A stretch of 38,237 bases of DNA, from positions 1 through 38,237 of the forward strand of contig JAPLMG010000114.1 of NCBI GenBank assembly GCA_026387165.1, read 5' to 3'. The first letter of the stretch is position 1, and the number at the start of each line of letters is the position of its first letter. The position numbers and the translations under genes were made by a program. Source of the stretch: Candidatus Omnitrophota bacterium. Lineage in GTDB: Bacteria; Omnitrophota; Gorgyraeia; 2-01-FULL-45-10. Shown one piece after another: positions 1 through 6,303 of this stretch. The notes below the pieces were generated by a model. That model was not told the DNA's origin, searched no databases, and worked only from the letters and a program-made list of their open reading frames with translations.

Positions 1-152
1 GTCTTGCCGCGCAGCGCCGGCACCTTTTTTATCTGCCGCGTCGTGACTTCTTTGAAGCTCGCGGCCGTGTATAAAATATGCTCTATCTCCTCTTTAGATA
101 GATACTCAAGCCCGAGCAGGTCCTTCTTTGTCCAGATCATCTTGCTATTCAT
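1..152 (-). CDS. pyrB: aspartate carbamoyltransferase, N-terminal ~50 codons only (gene continues past the left edge)
   Basis: Truncated, so absent from the ORF track. Minus-strand translation from ATG 152..150 gives [51 protein letters not shown]. This matches the conserved ATCase N-terminus (LS.EEI..IL.TA..FKEV...IKKVP.LRGK). It lies downstream of pyrR, as in pyr operons. Confidence 0.8.
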   Translation of the reverse strand, partial: MNSKMIWTKKDLLGLEYLSKEEIEHILYTAASFKEVTTRQIKKVPALRGK

Positions 153-156
153 AGCC

Positions 157-442
157 TATTGAAATTTATTGAAACTTGTAGAAATTAAGAAATTGGTTGT
201 CTGCACCAACGATGAATTTCTCATACATGTCCAAATTAGCGTTTTACCTTCGACGGAAAAGGCATTTTGAGATTCGAAATCATATTTGTCATTCTGAGTG
301 GGATGAATGAAATGAATCCCGACGAAGAATCTATACATTCGGATCCTTCGCTTCGCTCAGGATGACGTAATTTAGACAGCGGTGGAATTTCTATCAATTT
401 CTATCATACCTATACCTTGTTGATAATTTCTACAAATTTCAA
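157..442. repeat. AT-rich GAAATT/AATTTC palindromic intergenic element between pyrR and pyrB
   Basis: Arms ttgaaacttgtagaaatt (169-186) and aatttctacaaatttcaa (425-442) are reverse complements with 1 mismatch in 18. The 19-mer tagaaattaagaaattggt (179-197) recurs exactly at 2526-2544. The interior carries the family-2 hairpin at 288-366. Confidence 0.6.
288..366. repeat. family-2 palindromic repeat (gtcattctgag ... ctcaggatgac), copy 1
   Basis: The termini gtcattctgag (288-298) and ctcaggatgac (356-366) are inverted repeats. The internal cgaagaatc / gatccttcg pair is also inverted. A second copy with the same termini and internal pair lies at 13827-13893. Confidence 0.75.
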
Positions 443-988
443 TTAAGTTTTCTCGCATATCACAACCTCATCTTTACCGTCGGATTCTGACAGCCGGACC
501 TCTACCGACTCTTTAATGGCCGTAGGCACATTCTTACCCACATAGTCGGCCCTTATCGGAAGCTCCCTGTGCCCCCTGTCAACCAAGACCGCGAGCTGTA
601 TCTGCCTGGGCCTGCCAAAGTCTATCAACGCGTCAAGCGCGCATCGTATGGTCCTGCCGGTGAAGAGGACATCGTCCACGAGCACTATCCTTTTGTTCTC
701 AATATCGAAGGTTATCTCTGTGGCGTGGACCACAGGCTGCTCGGACACCTGAGTAAGGTCGTCTCTATATAGAGTGATGTCGAGAGCTCCCACGGGAGGA
801 CGGTGCCCTGAGATCGCCCTTATATGATCCGCGAGCCTTTCGGCTATATAGGCGCCTCTGTTTTTTATGCCGACCAATACCGTATCGTCCGTCGTCTTGG
901 TATGCTCCAGGATCTCATGGGCCATACGCTTGAGGGCTTTATCTATCGAGCCTTCGTCTAATATCTTTGACTTCTCTTTTAAGGCCAT
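443..988 (-). CDS. pyrR: bifunctional pyrimidine operon regulator / uracil phosphoribosyltransferase PyrR
   Basis: 181 aa. It has the PRTase PRPP-binding motif [12 protein letters not shown] and PyrR-typical blocks [44 protein letters not shown]. It sits upstream of pyrB. Confidence 0.9.
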   Translation of the reverse strand: MALKEKSKILDEGSIDKALKRMAHEILEHTKTTDDTVLVGIKNRGAYIAERLADHIRAISGHRPPVGALDITLYRDDLTQVSEQPVVHATEITFDIENKRIVLVDDVLFTGRTIRCALDALIDFGRPRQIQLAVLVDRGHRELPIRADYVGKNVPTAIKESVEVRLSESDGKDEVVICEKT

Positions 989-993
989 ATTTT

Positions 994-1007
994 ACCTCTT
1001 TGGACTC
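994..1007 (-). promoter_or_regulatory. candidate PyrR-binding box overlapping the pyrR Shine-Dalgarno
   Basis: The minus strand reads GAGTCCAAAGAGGTaaaatATG. This resembles the PyrR binding-loop consensus ARUCCAGAGAGGYU with one change. It is preceded by an 11-bp stem, cccgcaaaaca / tgttttgcggg. The box includes the AGAGG that serves as RBS. Confidence 0.4.
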
Positions 1008-1117
1008 CCCGCAAAACATTCTTTTATAGTAAACTGAATTTTTTTAAATGTGTTTTGCGGGATTAATTCGGCATTACAACTTACGTTGCCTTTGGCTCCA
1101 TAAGTTGTGGCCTCATT

Positions 1118-1159
1118 AAAATAAAAAGTCCCACGGCTTATACAATGCTGATGCGTGGG
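1118..1159 (-). terminator. intrinsic-terminator-like hairpin inside the pyrR leader (candidate attenuator)
   Basis: The minus strand has cccacg (N22) cgtggg followed by actttttatttt. It lies about 130 nt upstream of the pyrR ATG and downstream of the predicted promoter. The large loop lowers confidence. Confidence 0.4.
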
Positions 1160-1198
1160 TTCTCTTTGCTTCCATTTTTATTCCTTTCCCGGACTCTC

Positions 1199-1216
1199 TG
1201 TTCCGGTTTTAAAAGG
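1199..1216 (-). promoter_or_regulatory. second PyrR-box-like hairpin in the pyrR leader
   Basis: The minus strand has ccgga ACAGAGAG tccgg, a 5-bp stem presenting a CAGAGAG loop similar to the core of the PyrR box. It is located 5' of the terminator-like hairpin. Confidence 0.3.
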
Positions 1217-1256
1217 TGCAACCCTGAGCTTGTCGAAGGGTTAATGTTATAGTGAG

Positions 1257-1285
1257 ATGATACCATAAGGCATCCTTTTTGTCAA
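1257..1285 (-). promoter_or_regulatory. sigma70-type promoter for pyrR (TTGACA-N17-TGgTATCAT)
   Basis: The minus strand reads cTTGACAaaaaggatgccttaTGgTATCATctc. The -35 is at 1285..1280, the -10 at 1262..1257, and there is an extended -10 TG. This would give a leader of roughly 260 nt. Confidence 0.6.
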
Positions 1286-1317
1286 GAAAAAAGGGCGGAA
1301 TATCCGACTTCCGCTCT
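1284..1317 (-). terminator. rho-independent terminator after the pseudopilin gene
   Basis: Stem agggcggaa / ttccgctct (9 bp, 1 mismatch) with loop tatccgac. On the minus strand it is followed by ttttttct. It lies 26 nt downstream of the stop at 1343. Confidence 0.6.
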
Positions 1318-1342
1318 TTTTGATACGTGTAAATGACAAACT

Positions 1343-1744
1343 TTAGTTACCAGTCATGCTTCCGTCCTGATCCATGTTAACGGCGCCGCCGCCTGACCCG
1401 CCGCCCTTAGCCCTTGCGATGAACGTATTGGGAAGTATGCAGACAACACTATAAGCGTTTTCATTATAGTATTTGCCATTCAGATCGCCATGGCCTATGT
1501 ATTGATTAAGCGCACCGCCTGTTGCCCATTCAGTATATAGCACAGGAGCATAATTACCCGAGTGCTCTAAAGCATAGAGCCTTTCTGCGGTCCTTATTGT
1601 ACCAAGAGCTGTCACGGCCTCTGACTTTTTAGCCCTTGCAACCATTGCGGTCATCGTAGGAGTCCCTATCGCCGCAAGGACACCGATTACTATAATAACT
1701 ACTATAAGTTCTACCAGCGTAAAGCCTTTGCTGTTCCGTCTCAT
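1343..1744 (-). CDS. prepilin-type N-terminal cleavage/methylation domain protein (type IV pilin / T2SS pseudopilin-like)
   Basis: 133 aa. The N-terminus MRRNSKGFTLVELIVVIIVIGVLAAIG carries the canonical G/FTLVEL prepilin peptidase site plus a hydrophobic helix. A G-rich RBS (gggggggg) lies upstream. Confidence 0.85.
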   Translation of the reverse strand: MRRNSKGFTLVELIVVIIVIGVLAAIGTPTMTAMVARAKKSEAVTALGTIRTAERLYALEHSGNYAPVLYTEWATGGALNQYIGHGDLNGKYYNENAYSVVCILPNTFIARAKGGGSGGGAVNMDQDGSMTGN

Positions 1745-1774
1745 GCCCCCCCCAACTCTTCATTTAGTGTGAAA

Positions 1775-1802
1775 ATTATAGCATGCAATGTAAAAAAATC
1801 AA
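1775..1802 (-). promoter_or_regulatory. sigma70-type promoter for the pseudopilin gene (TTGATT-N16-TGcTATAAT)
   Basis: The minus strand reads aTTGATTtttttacattgcaTGcTATAATtttcac. The -35 is at 1802..1797 and the -10 at 1780..1775, about 30 nt upstream of the ATG at 1744. Confidence 0.55.
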
Positions 1803-1836
1803 TAGCCAATTCCGGGGCCGGGGCCCGGAATTGGCT
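1790..1836 (-). terminator. terminator-like hairpin after rsmI
   Basis: 13-bp perfect stem agccaattccggg / cccggaattggct (1804-1836) overlapping the rsmI stop codon. On the minus strand a 5-nt spacer and then ttttttt follow it. Confidence 0.5.
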
Positions 1837-2512
1837 AAATTATGATTACGAATTCGCCCTTGGGCTTATGCGCCTTAAAGTGCTCTATAGATACGCTTAC
1901 CTTCTCGCGCCTCATCTCTTCAAATTTTTTCGTAACTTCCCTTGCCACAACGACTTCCGTATCACCGCATACCTCTAAAATATCGCTCAAAAGCTTCTCT
2001 ATCCTATGCACGGACTCGTACAGGATGATAGTCCTTTTCTCGTCATGTAATTTCTTAAGCTGGTTCTTTCTTTTTATCGGTTTTGGGGATAGAAACCCCG
2101 CGAATGTGAACTCGTTTGTAGGCTTACCGGAAACGGTAAGAGCCGCGATTATCCCCGATGGTCCCGGGATGGGCACTACGGGTATGTTATTCTCTATGCA
2201 GAGCCTTATTATGTTGTAACCGGGATCGGATATGCCCGGCGTGCCCGCATCCGATACAAGGGCCACCGCTTTGCCCTCATCCAAAAGCTTGAGCAGGTAG
2301 TCCCCTTTCTGCAGCTTATTGTATTCAAAGTAGCTTGTCATGCGGGTCTTGATGCCGTATTTTTCCAGGAGAATATTGGTGTGGCTGGTGTCTTCGGCAG
2401 CGATCAGGTCAACGGTCTTAAGCGTCTCTATCGCACGAAGCGTGATATCGGCGAGATTGCCGATCGGCGTAGCTACTACATATAAGGTTCCGGGCATAAT
2501 AACTCTTAACAA
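1835..2512 (-). CDS. rsmI: 16S rRNA (cytidine1402-2'-O)-methyltransferase RsmI
   Basis: 225 aa. It has the tetrapyrrole-methylase-fold N-terminus GTLYVVATPIGNLADITLRAIETLK, plus DLIAAEDTSHT and VALVSDAGTPGISDPG, all typical of RsmI. Confidence 0.9.
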   Translation of the reverse strand: MLRVIMPGTLYVVATPIGNLADITLRAIETLKTVDLIAAEDTSHTNILLEKYGIKTRMTSYFEYNKLQKGDYLLKLLDEGKAVALVSDAGTPGISDPGYNIIRLCIENNIPVVPIPGPSGIIAALTVSGKPTNEFTFAGFLSPKPIKRKNQLKKLHDEKRTIILYESVHRIEKLLSDILEVCGDTEVVVAREVTKKFEEMRREKVSVSIEHFKAHKPKGEFVIII

Positions 2513-2514
2513 CT

Positions 2515-2612
2515 ATCGAAATATATAGAAATTAAGAAATTGGTAGAAATTTATTGTCTATAGCTTCTACGATTAATTTCAAAAATTTCAATTTATTTCT
2601 GCTAATTTCGAT
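2515..2612. repeat. AT-rich GAAATT/AATTTC palindromic intergenic element, second copy (rsmI-glmS spacer)
   Basis: The outer arms atcgaaat (2515-2522) and atttcgat (2605-2612) are inverted. The left half carries gaaatt three times and the right half aatttc repeats. It shares an exact 19-mer (2526-2544) with 179-197. Confidence 0.6.
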
Positions 2613-2619
2613 GGTCTAT

Positions 2620-4479
2620 TTACTCTACGGTTACCGACTTCGCCAGATTGCGCGGCTGGTCGATATCGTAACCGAACGCGCGCGCGACGTAATACGCCAA
2701 TAATTGCAGAGGTATCGCCACCAGAAGCGGCGAGAAGAGCTCCTCGGCTTTGGGTATCTCCACCAGATAGTTGATATTGTGGTGCAATATCTCTTTGTCG
2801 CCTTCTGTCGCGATCGCGATCACAATACCGCTACGCGCCTTTATCTCCTGGATGTTCGATACCATCTTATCGTAGGTCCTGCTCTTAACCGCTATGCAGA
2901 CCACCCAGGGGTTCTCGTCGATCAAAGCTATCGGCCCGTGCTTCATCTCTCCGGCGGGATACCCCTCGGCGCTGATATACGCTATCTCCTTTAGCTTAAG
3001 GGCGCCTTCGAGGGCATTGGGATAATTTATATTTCTCGCCAGATAGAGGAAGAAGGTCTTGTTGTGCTTTTCGTGGTAATATTTCTTGAACCCCTCGGCG
3101 TACGCCGCAAGCAGATTATATTCCGGCCTATATTCTTCCAGGAGCTCCCCCATAAGCGCCGGGATGCGCTTCAACTCTTTTAAGAGAGCGCCGAGCTTCG
3201 CGGGCGCGGCCGTCTTCCTTAATTTCGCAAGATAGAGAGTTAATAGATAGAATATCGCCAACTGCGCGGTATATGCCTTCGTCGAAGCAACCGCTATCTC
3301 CGGGCCCGCATGCGTGTAGATGACACCGTCGGACTCTCTCGCGATGGAACTGCCCAGCACATTGCAGATGGCCAAGACCTTCGCGCCGTGCCTCTTCGCT
3401 TCTCTGAGCGCGGCGAGAGTATCGGCCGTCTCGCCCGACTGAGAGACCACTATCATGAGAGTCTCTTTGTCGACGAGAGGATCGCGGTACCTGAACTCGC
3501 TCGAGACGTCCACCCAGCAGGGGACCTTAGCGTACTCCTCAAGCATATACTTTCCGGTGAGCCCCGCATGGTAAGCGGTGCCGCAGGCGACTATAGCTAT
3601 TCTTTTGATCTTTTCGAGCTCGCTGTCGCTTATCTCAAGCTCATGGAAGGATATCGAGCCCTTTTTGCACCGCTCATCGAGTATATTATTTATTATGTGG
3701 GCCTGCTCGTATATCTCCTTTAACATGAAATGTTTGTAGCCGCCTTTTTCCGCCTGGCTTATGTCCCAATTTATCTTTGAAGGCTTCCTCTCTATTCTGC
3801 GGCCCTCAAAATCTTTGATCGTAATGTGCTCCTTGGTAAGCACGACGAGCTCATGATTTTCGAGATATATCACTTCCTTGGTGTGGTCCAGGACGGCCGG
3901 GACATCGCTGGCGAGGAAATTTTCACCGCACCCGATGCCGACTATCAACGGCGAATCACATCGGGCGCCGACCAGTTTTAAGGGCTCGTCCCTGTGGATA
4001 ACGGCTATCGCGTAAGAGCCGCGCAGGACCTTTACGGCCCTACGGACGGCTTCGGCTATGTCGCCCGAGTAAAACTTCTCGATCAGGTGAGGAATGACTT
4101 CAGTGTCTGTTTCGGAGATGAATTTGTGGCCCTCTTTTTGCAGCTTCTCTTTTAATTCGAGATAATTTTCTATGATGCCGTTGTGGGCTACCGCTATTTT
4201 GCCTTTGCAGTCAAGGTGCGGGTGGGCATTTGTATCGCTGGGCACGCCGTGGGTTGACCAGCGGGTGTGTCCTATGCCAGTTGAACCCTCGAGAGGGTTC
4301 GCCTTGAGATCCGCAACGAGCACACTGAGCTTGCCCTTCTTCTTAGCAAGACGCATCTTCTTGCCTTTAATTATGGCAAGGCCGGCAGAGTCATAGCCTC
4401 TGTACTCTAACCTTGAAAGGCTCTTCATCAATATGTTTTGAGCTTCTCTATCGCCTATATATCCTACTATCCCGCACAT
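2620..4479 (-). CDS. glmS: glutamine--fructose-6-phosphate aminotransferase (isomerizing)
   Basis: 619 aa. It has the N-terminal nucleophile MCGIVGY, the glutaminase block GHTRWSTHG, two SIS-domain regions (SQSGETADT), and the C-terminal LAKSVTVE typical of GlmS. Confidence 0.95.
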   Translation of the reverse strand: MCGIVGYIGDREAQNILMKSLSRLEYRGYDSAGLAIIKGKKMRLAKKKGKLSVLVADLKANPLEGSTGIGHTRWSTHGVPSDTNAHPHLDCKGKIAVAHNGIIENYLELKEKLQKEGHKFISETDTEVIPHLIEKFYSGDIAEAVRRAVKVLRGSYAIAVIHRDEPLKLVGARCDSPLIVGIGCGENFLASDVPAVLDHTKEVIYLENHELVVLTKEHITIKDFEGRRIERKPSKINWDISQAEKGGYKHFMLKEIYEQAHIINNILDERCKKGSISFHELEISDSELEKIKRIAIVACGTAYHAGLTGKYMLEEYAKVPCWVDVSSEFRYRDPLVDKETLMIVVSQSGETADTLAALREAKRHGAKVLAICNVLGSSIARESDGVIYTHAGPEIAVASTKAYTAQLAIFYLLTLYLAKLRKTAAPAKLGALLKELKRIPALMGELLEEYRPEYNLLAAYAEGFKKYYHEKHNKTFFLYLARNINYPNALEGALKLKEIAYISAEGYPAGEMKHGPIALIDENPWVVCIAVKSRTYDKMVSNIQEIKARSGIVIAIATEGDKEILHHNINYLVEIPKAEELFSPLLVAIPLQLLAYYVARAFGYDIDQPRNLAKSVTVE

Positions 4480-4521
4480 CGTCGCCTCGCTAACAATACA
4501 TCGTTTATTGTGTTTATTGCG

Positions 4522-4899
4522 TTAGTTGTGTTTATTGTGTTTCAATAAATAGGTTAGAAAATTAGAGACTAATCGCGCCACCTTATCTGCCTGTTGATAC
4601 ACCATATTAAACTTCTCTTTGTTAAGATATCCCTGGTCTAGCGCAACATATAAATGACTTTGCGTTTCCGCAATTGAAGCTTTTGCAATAAACAGAAATT
4701 GTATAAATTCTTTATTTGAACGACGCGAGAACCCTTCGCTAATATTGGCCATTACAGATACGGCTGCGGCTGTTATTTGGTCTTTAAATCTATAATCCTT
4801 ACCAAGGCTTGTGCTATTTTTAGCGTTATCATAGACCATCTTTACTAATACTCTGGCTTCCTGCCAGGCCTGTATGTCTTCAAATCTTTCGATTTTCAT
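4522..4899 (-). CDS. four-helix-bundle protein ('23S rRNA intervening sequence protein' family)
   Basis: 125 aa. It has FEDIQAWQEARVLVKMVY at the N-terminus, SVMANISEGFSR, and AKASIAETQSHLYVA. This is the characteristic pattern of the TIGR02436/PF05635-type family. Confidence 0.8.
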   Translation of the reverse strand: MKIERFEDIQAWQEARVLVKMVYDNAKNSTSLGKDYRFKDQITAAAVSVMANISEGFSRRSNKEFIQFLFIAKASIAETQSHLYVALDQGYLNKEKFNMVYQQADKVARLVSNFLTYLLKHNKHN

Positions 4900-4930
4900 A
4901 ACACAATCAACTCAATAAACGCTACAAACA

Positions 4931-6133
4931 CTATAAACTTTTACGATAAGCTATTTTACCACGAATGATCGTCGTTTTGACATTGAATTCTTTATCAAAT
5001 ATGACTATGTCGGCATCCTTGCCGGCGGCTATCGAGCCCTTATTATCTTCGACCCCTAAAAGCTTCGCAGGGTTTATCGTGATCGTATTCAGCGCCTCCT
5101 CTAATGGAAGGTCGGCGCTCTTTACGGCATTCTTTAAAGCGCCTATCATCGTAAGCGACGAGCCCGCAAGCCTTCCATCTTCAAAACGATACGCCCCTCC
5201 CGTCATCGCGAAAAACGGGGACTGGAAAAATGGGGACTGTCCCCGAAGGGGACTGTCCCCATTTTTTCCAAGATAATCTAAAGCTGCGAGCGAATCCGTA
5301 ACCACTATAACTTTGTCGCTCTTCTTCAATTTTAATAAAAGCCCGAATAACGCCCTGTGGACATGGATGAGATCCAGTATAACTTCGGCGGCAACCCTGT
5401 CGTCCGTAAGGACCGCGCCGACTACTCCCGGCTCACGCCTATCGAGATGGCTCATAGCGTTAAACGTGTGGGTGGAATGGATTATTCCTGCATCAATTCC
5501 CTCGACCGCCGACTCATAAGTCGCGTCCGAATGGCCTACCGAAGCGATAATATTACGCTGCCGCAATAACTTTATAAGAGGCTTAGCGCCGCTCAGTTCA
5601 GGCGCTATTGTCATTATCTTTAAAAGCCCCAGGCAGTGCCTTATTATAGAAGAAAGCTCTTTCGCGTCCGGGGATCTTATAAACTTCGGGTCCTGTGCCC
5701 CGGCCTTACTTTTACTGATATACGGCCCTTCGAGGCGCAGGCCAAGCACATTAGGCCCGAAAGGGTGCGTCCCGATAAATTCTTTTATTCCTTCGGCCCT
5801 CTTGTAAATATGATCTAACGGCGCGCAGGACTCGGCTATCACAAATGCCGTCGTGCCGTGCCTCGCCTCATTGGAGAATATATTTTTGGGTTCTCCGTGT
5901 ATATGACAATCAATAAACCCGGGCGAAACGAAGCACCCCTTGGCATCCATAATCACAACTTCGTCATTGCGAGGAGGATGGCTACTTATTTTTGTCCGAC
6001 GAAGCAATCTCTTTTCTAACTGCGAATTCTTCCCTATAGACACTATCTTCGAGCCGGCTATTTCGACCGTCGCTCCGTCCACGATCCGGTCCTTCAGTAT
6101 CACGCGGCCGTTCTTAATCAATATGCGTCGCAT
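4931..6133 (-). CDS. nagA: N-acetylglucosamine-6-phosphate deacetylase, carrying two in-frame repeat-derived insertions
   Basis: 400 aa. The amidohydrolase motifs are present in order: FIDCHIHG, RLEGPYIS, VGHSDATY, HSTHTFNAM, VVTDSLAA, LAGSSLTM. Extra segments KRLLRRTKISSHPPRNDE and KNGDSPLRGQSPFFQSPFF coincide with repeats at 5962-6011 and 5208-5269. Confidence 0.85.
   Translation of the reverse strand: MRRILIKNGRVILKDRIVDGATVEIAGSKIVSIGKNSQLEKRLLRRTKISSHPPRNDEVVIMDAKGCFVSPGFIDCHIHGEPKNIFSNEARHGTTAFVIAESCAPLDHIYKRAEGIKEFIGTHPFGPNVLGLRLEGPYISKSKAGAQDPKFIRSPDAKELSSIIRHCLGLLKIMTIAPELSGAKPLIKLLRQRNIIASVGHSDATYESAVEGIDAGIIHSTHTFNAMSHLDRREPGVVGAVLTDDRVAAEVILDLIHVHRALFGLLLKLKKSDKVIVVTDSLAALDYLGKNGDSPLRGQSPFFQSPFFAMTGGAYRFEDGRLAGSSLTMIGALKNAVKSADLPLEEALNTITINPAKLLGVEDNKGSIAAGKDADIVIFDKEFNVKTTIIRGKIAYRKSL
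5208..5269. repeat. family-3 palindromic repeat (ggggactgtcccc modules) inside nagA
   Basis: ggaaaaatggggactgtcccc gaa ggggactgtccccattttttcc (5224-5269) is a near-perfect palindrome. ggggactgtcccc occurs at 5232-5244 and 5248-5260. The 15-mers gaaaaacggggactg (5210-5224) and gaaaaatggggactg (5225-5239) are direct repeats. A degenerate relative, ggggacgggtccctgaaaatgttccc, lies at about 27124-27149. Confidence 0.7.
5962..6011 (-). repeat. family-1 repeat (gagattgcttcg ... cctcgcaatgacg), copy inside nagA
   Basis: The plus strand shows cgtcattgcgagg (5962-5974) and cgaagcaatctc (6000-6011). These are the reverse complements of the family-1 termini seen at 13525-13563 and 23619-23698. Confidence 0.7.
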
Positions 6134-6140
6134 AGCCCAT

Positions 6141-6170
6141 AATATACCACGCCAAGCGCGGATCCTTCAA
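6141..6170 (-). promoter_or_regulatory. possible promoter for nagA (TTGAAG-N18-TGgTATATT), -10 only 7 nt from the ATG
   Basis: The minus strand reads cTTGAAGgatccgcgcttggcgTGgTATATTatgggctATG. No Shine-Dalgarno lies between the -10 and the ATG, so the transcript would be leaderless or nearly so. Confidence 0.3.
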
Positions 6171-6240
6171 GTATCAAAAATGGGCCGGATCTCTTTTTAC
6201 TATTCGTCTAATGGAGGAGCCTGCTGGAAACGCATTGGGT

Positions 6241-6303
6241 GACGAAGCCCCTCGACTTCGCTCGGGACTTCGTACTGAGTTTATCGAAGTACGAAGCAAT
6301 CTC
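6241..6303 (-). repeat. family-1-related repeat abutting the stop codon of the 2316-aa ORF
   Basis: It ends with acgaagcaatctc (6291-6303), directly next to the stop at 6304-6306. It contains the hairpin cttcgtac / gtacgaag. It lacks the gcaatgac terminus, so it is a variant or partial copy. Confidence 0.5.

Noticed and set aside
156-338. 60-aa minus-strand ORF between pyrR and pyrB.
   Set aside because: It is translated through the family-2 hairpin repeat and the GAAATT element. It has no RBS or motif and is most likely an artefact of repeat sequence.
4480-4521. glmS ribozyme upstream of glmS.
   Set aside because: Only 42 nt separate the glmS start from the preceding gene. This is far too short for the ribozyme of about 170 nt, and no conserved core sequence was evident.
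4522-4899. Four-helix-bundle gene as the Avd component of a diversity-generating retroelement.
   Set aside because: Avd proteins share this fold family. However, the window contains no reverse transcriptase gene and no template/variable repeat pair with adenine-specific differences.
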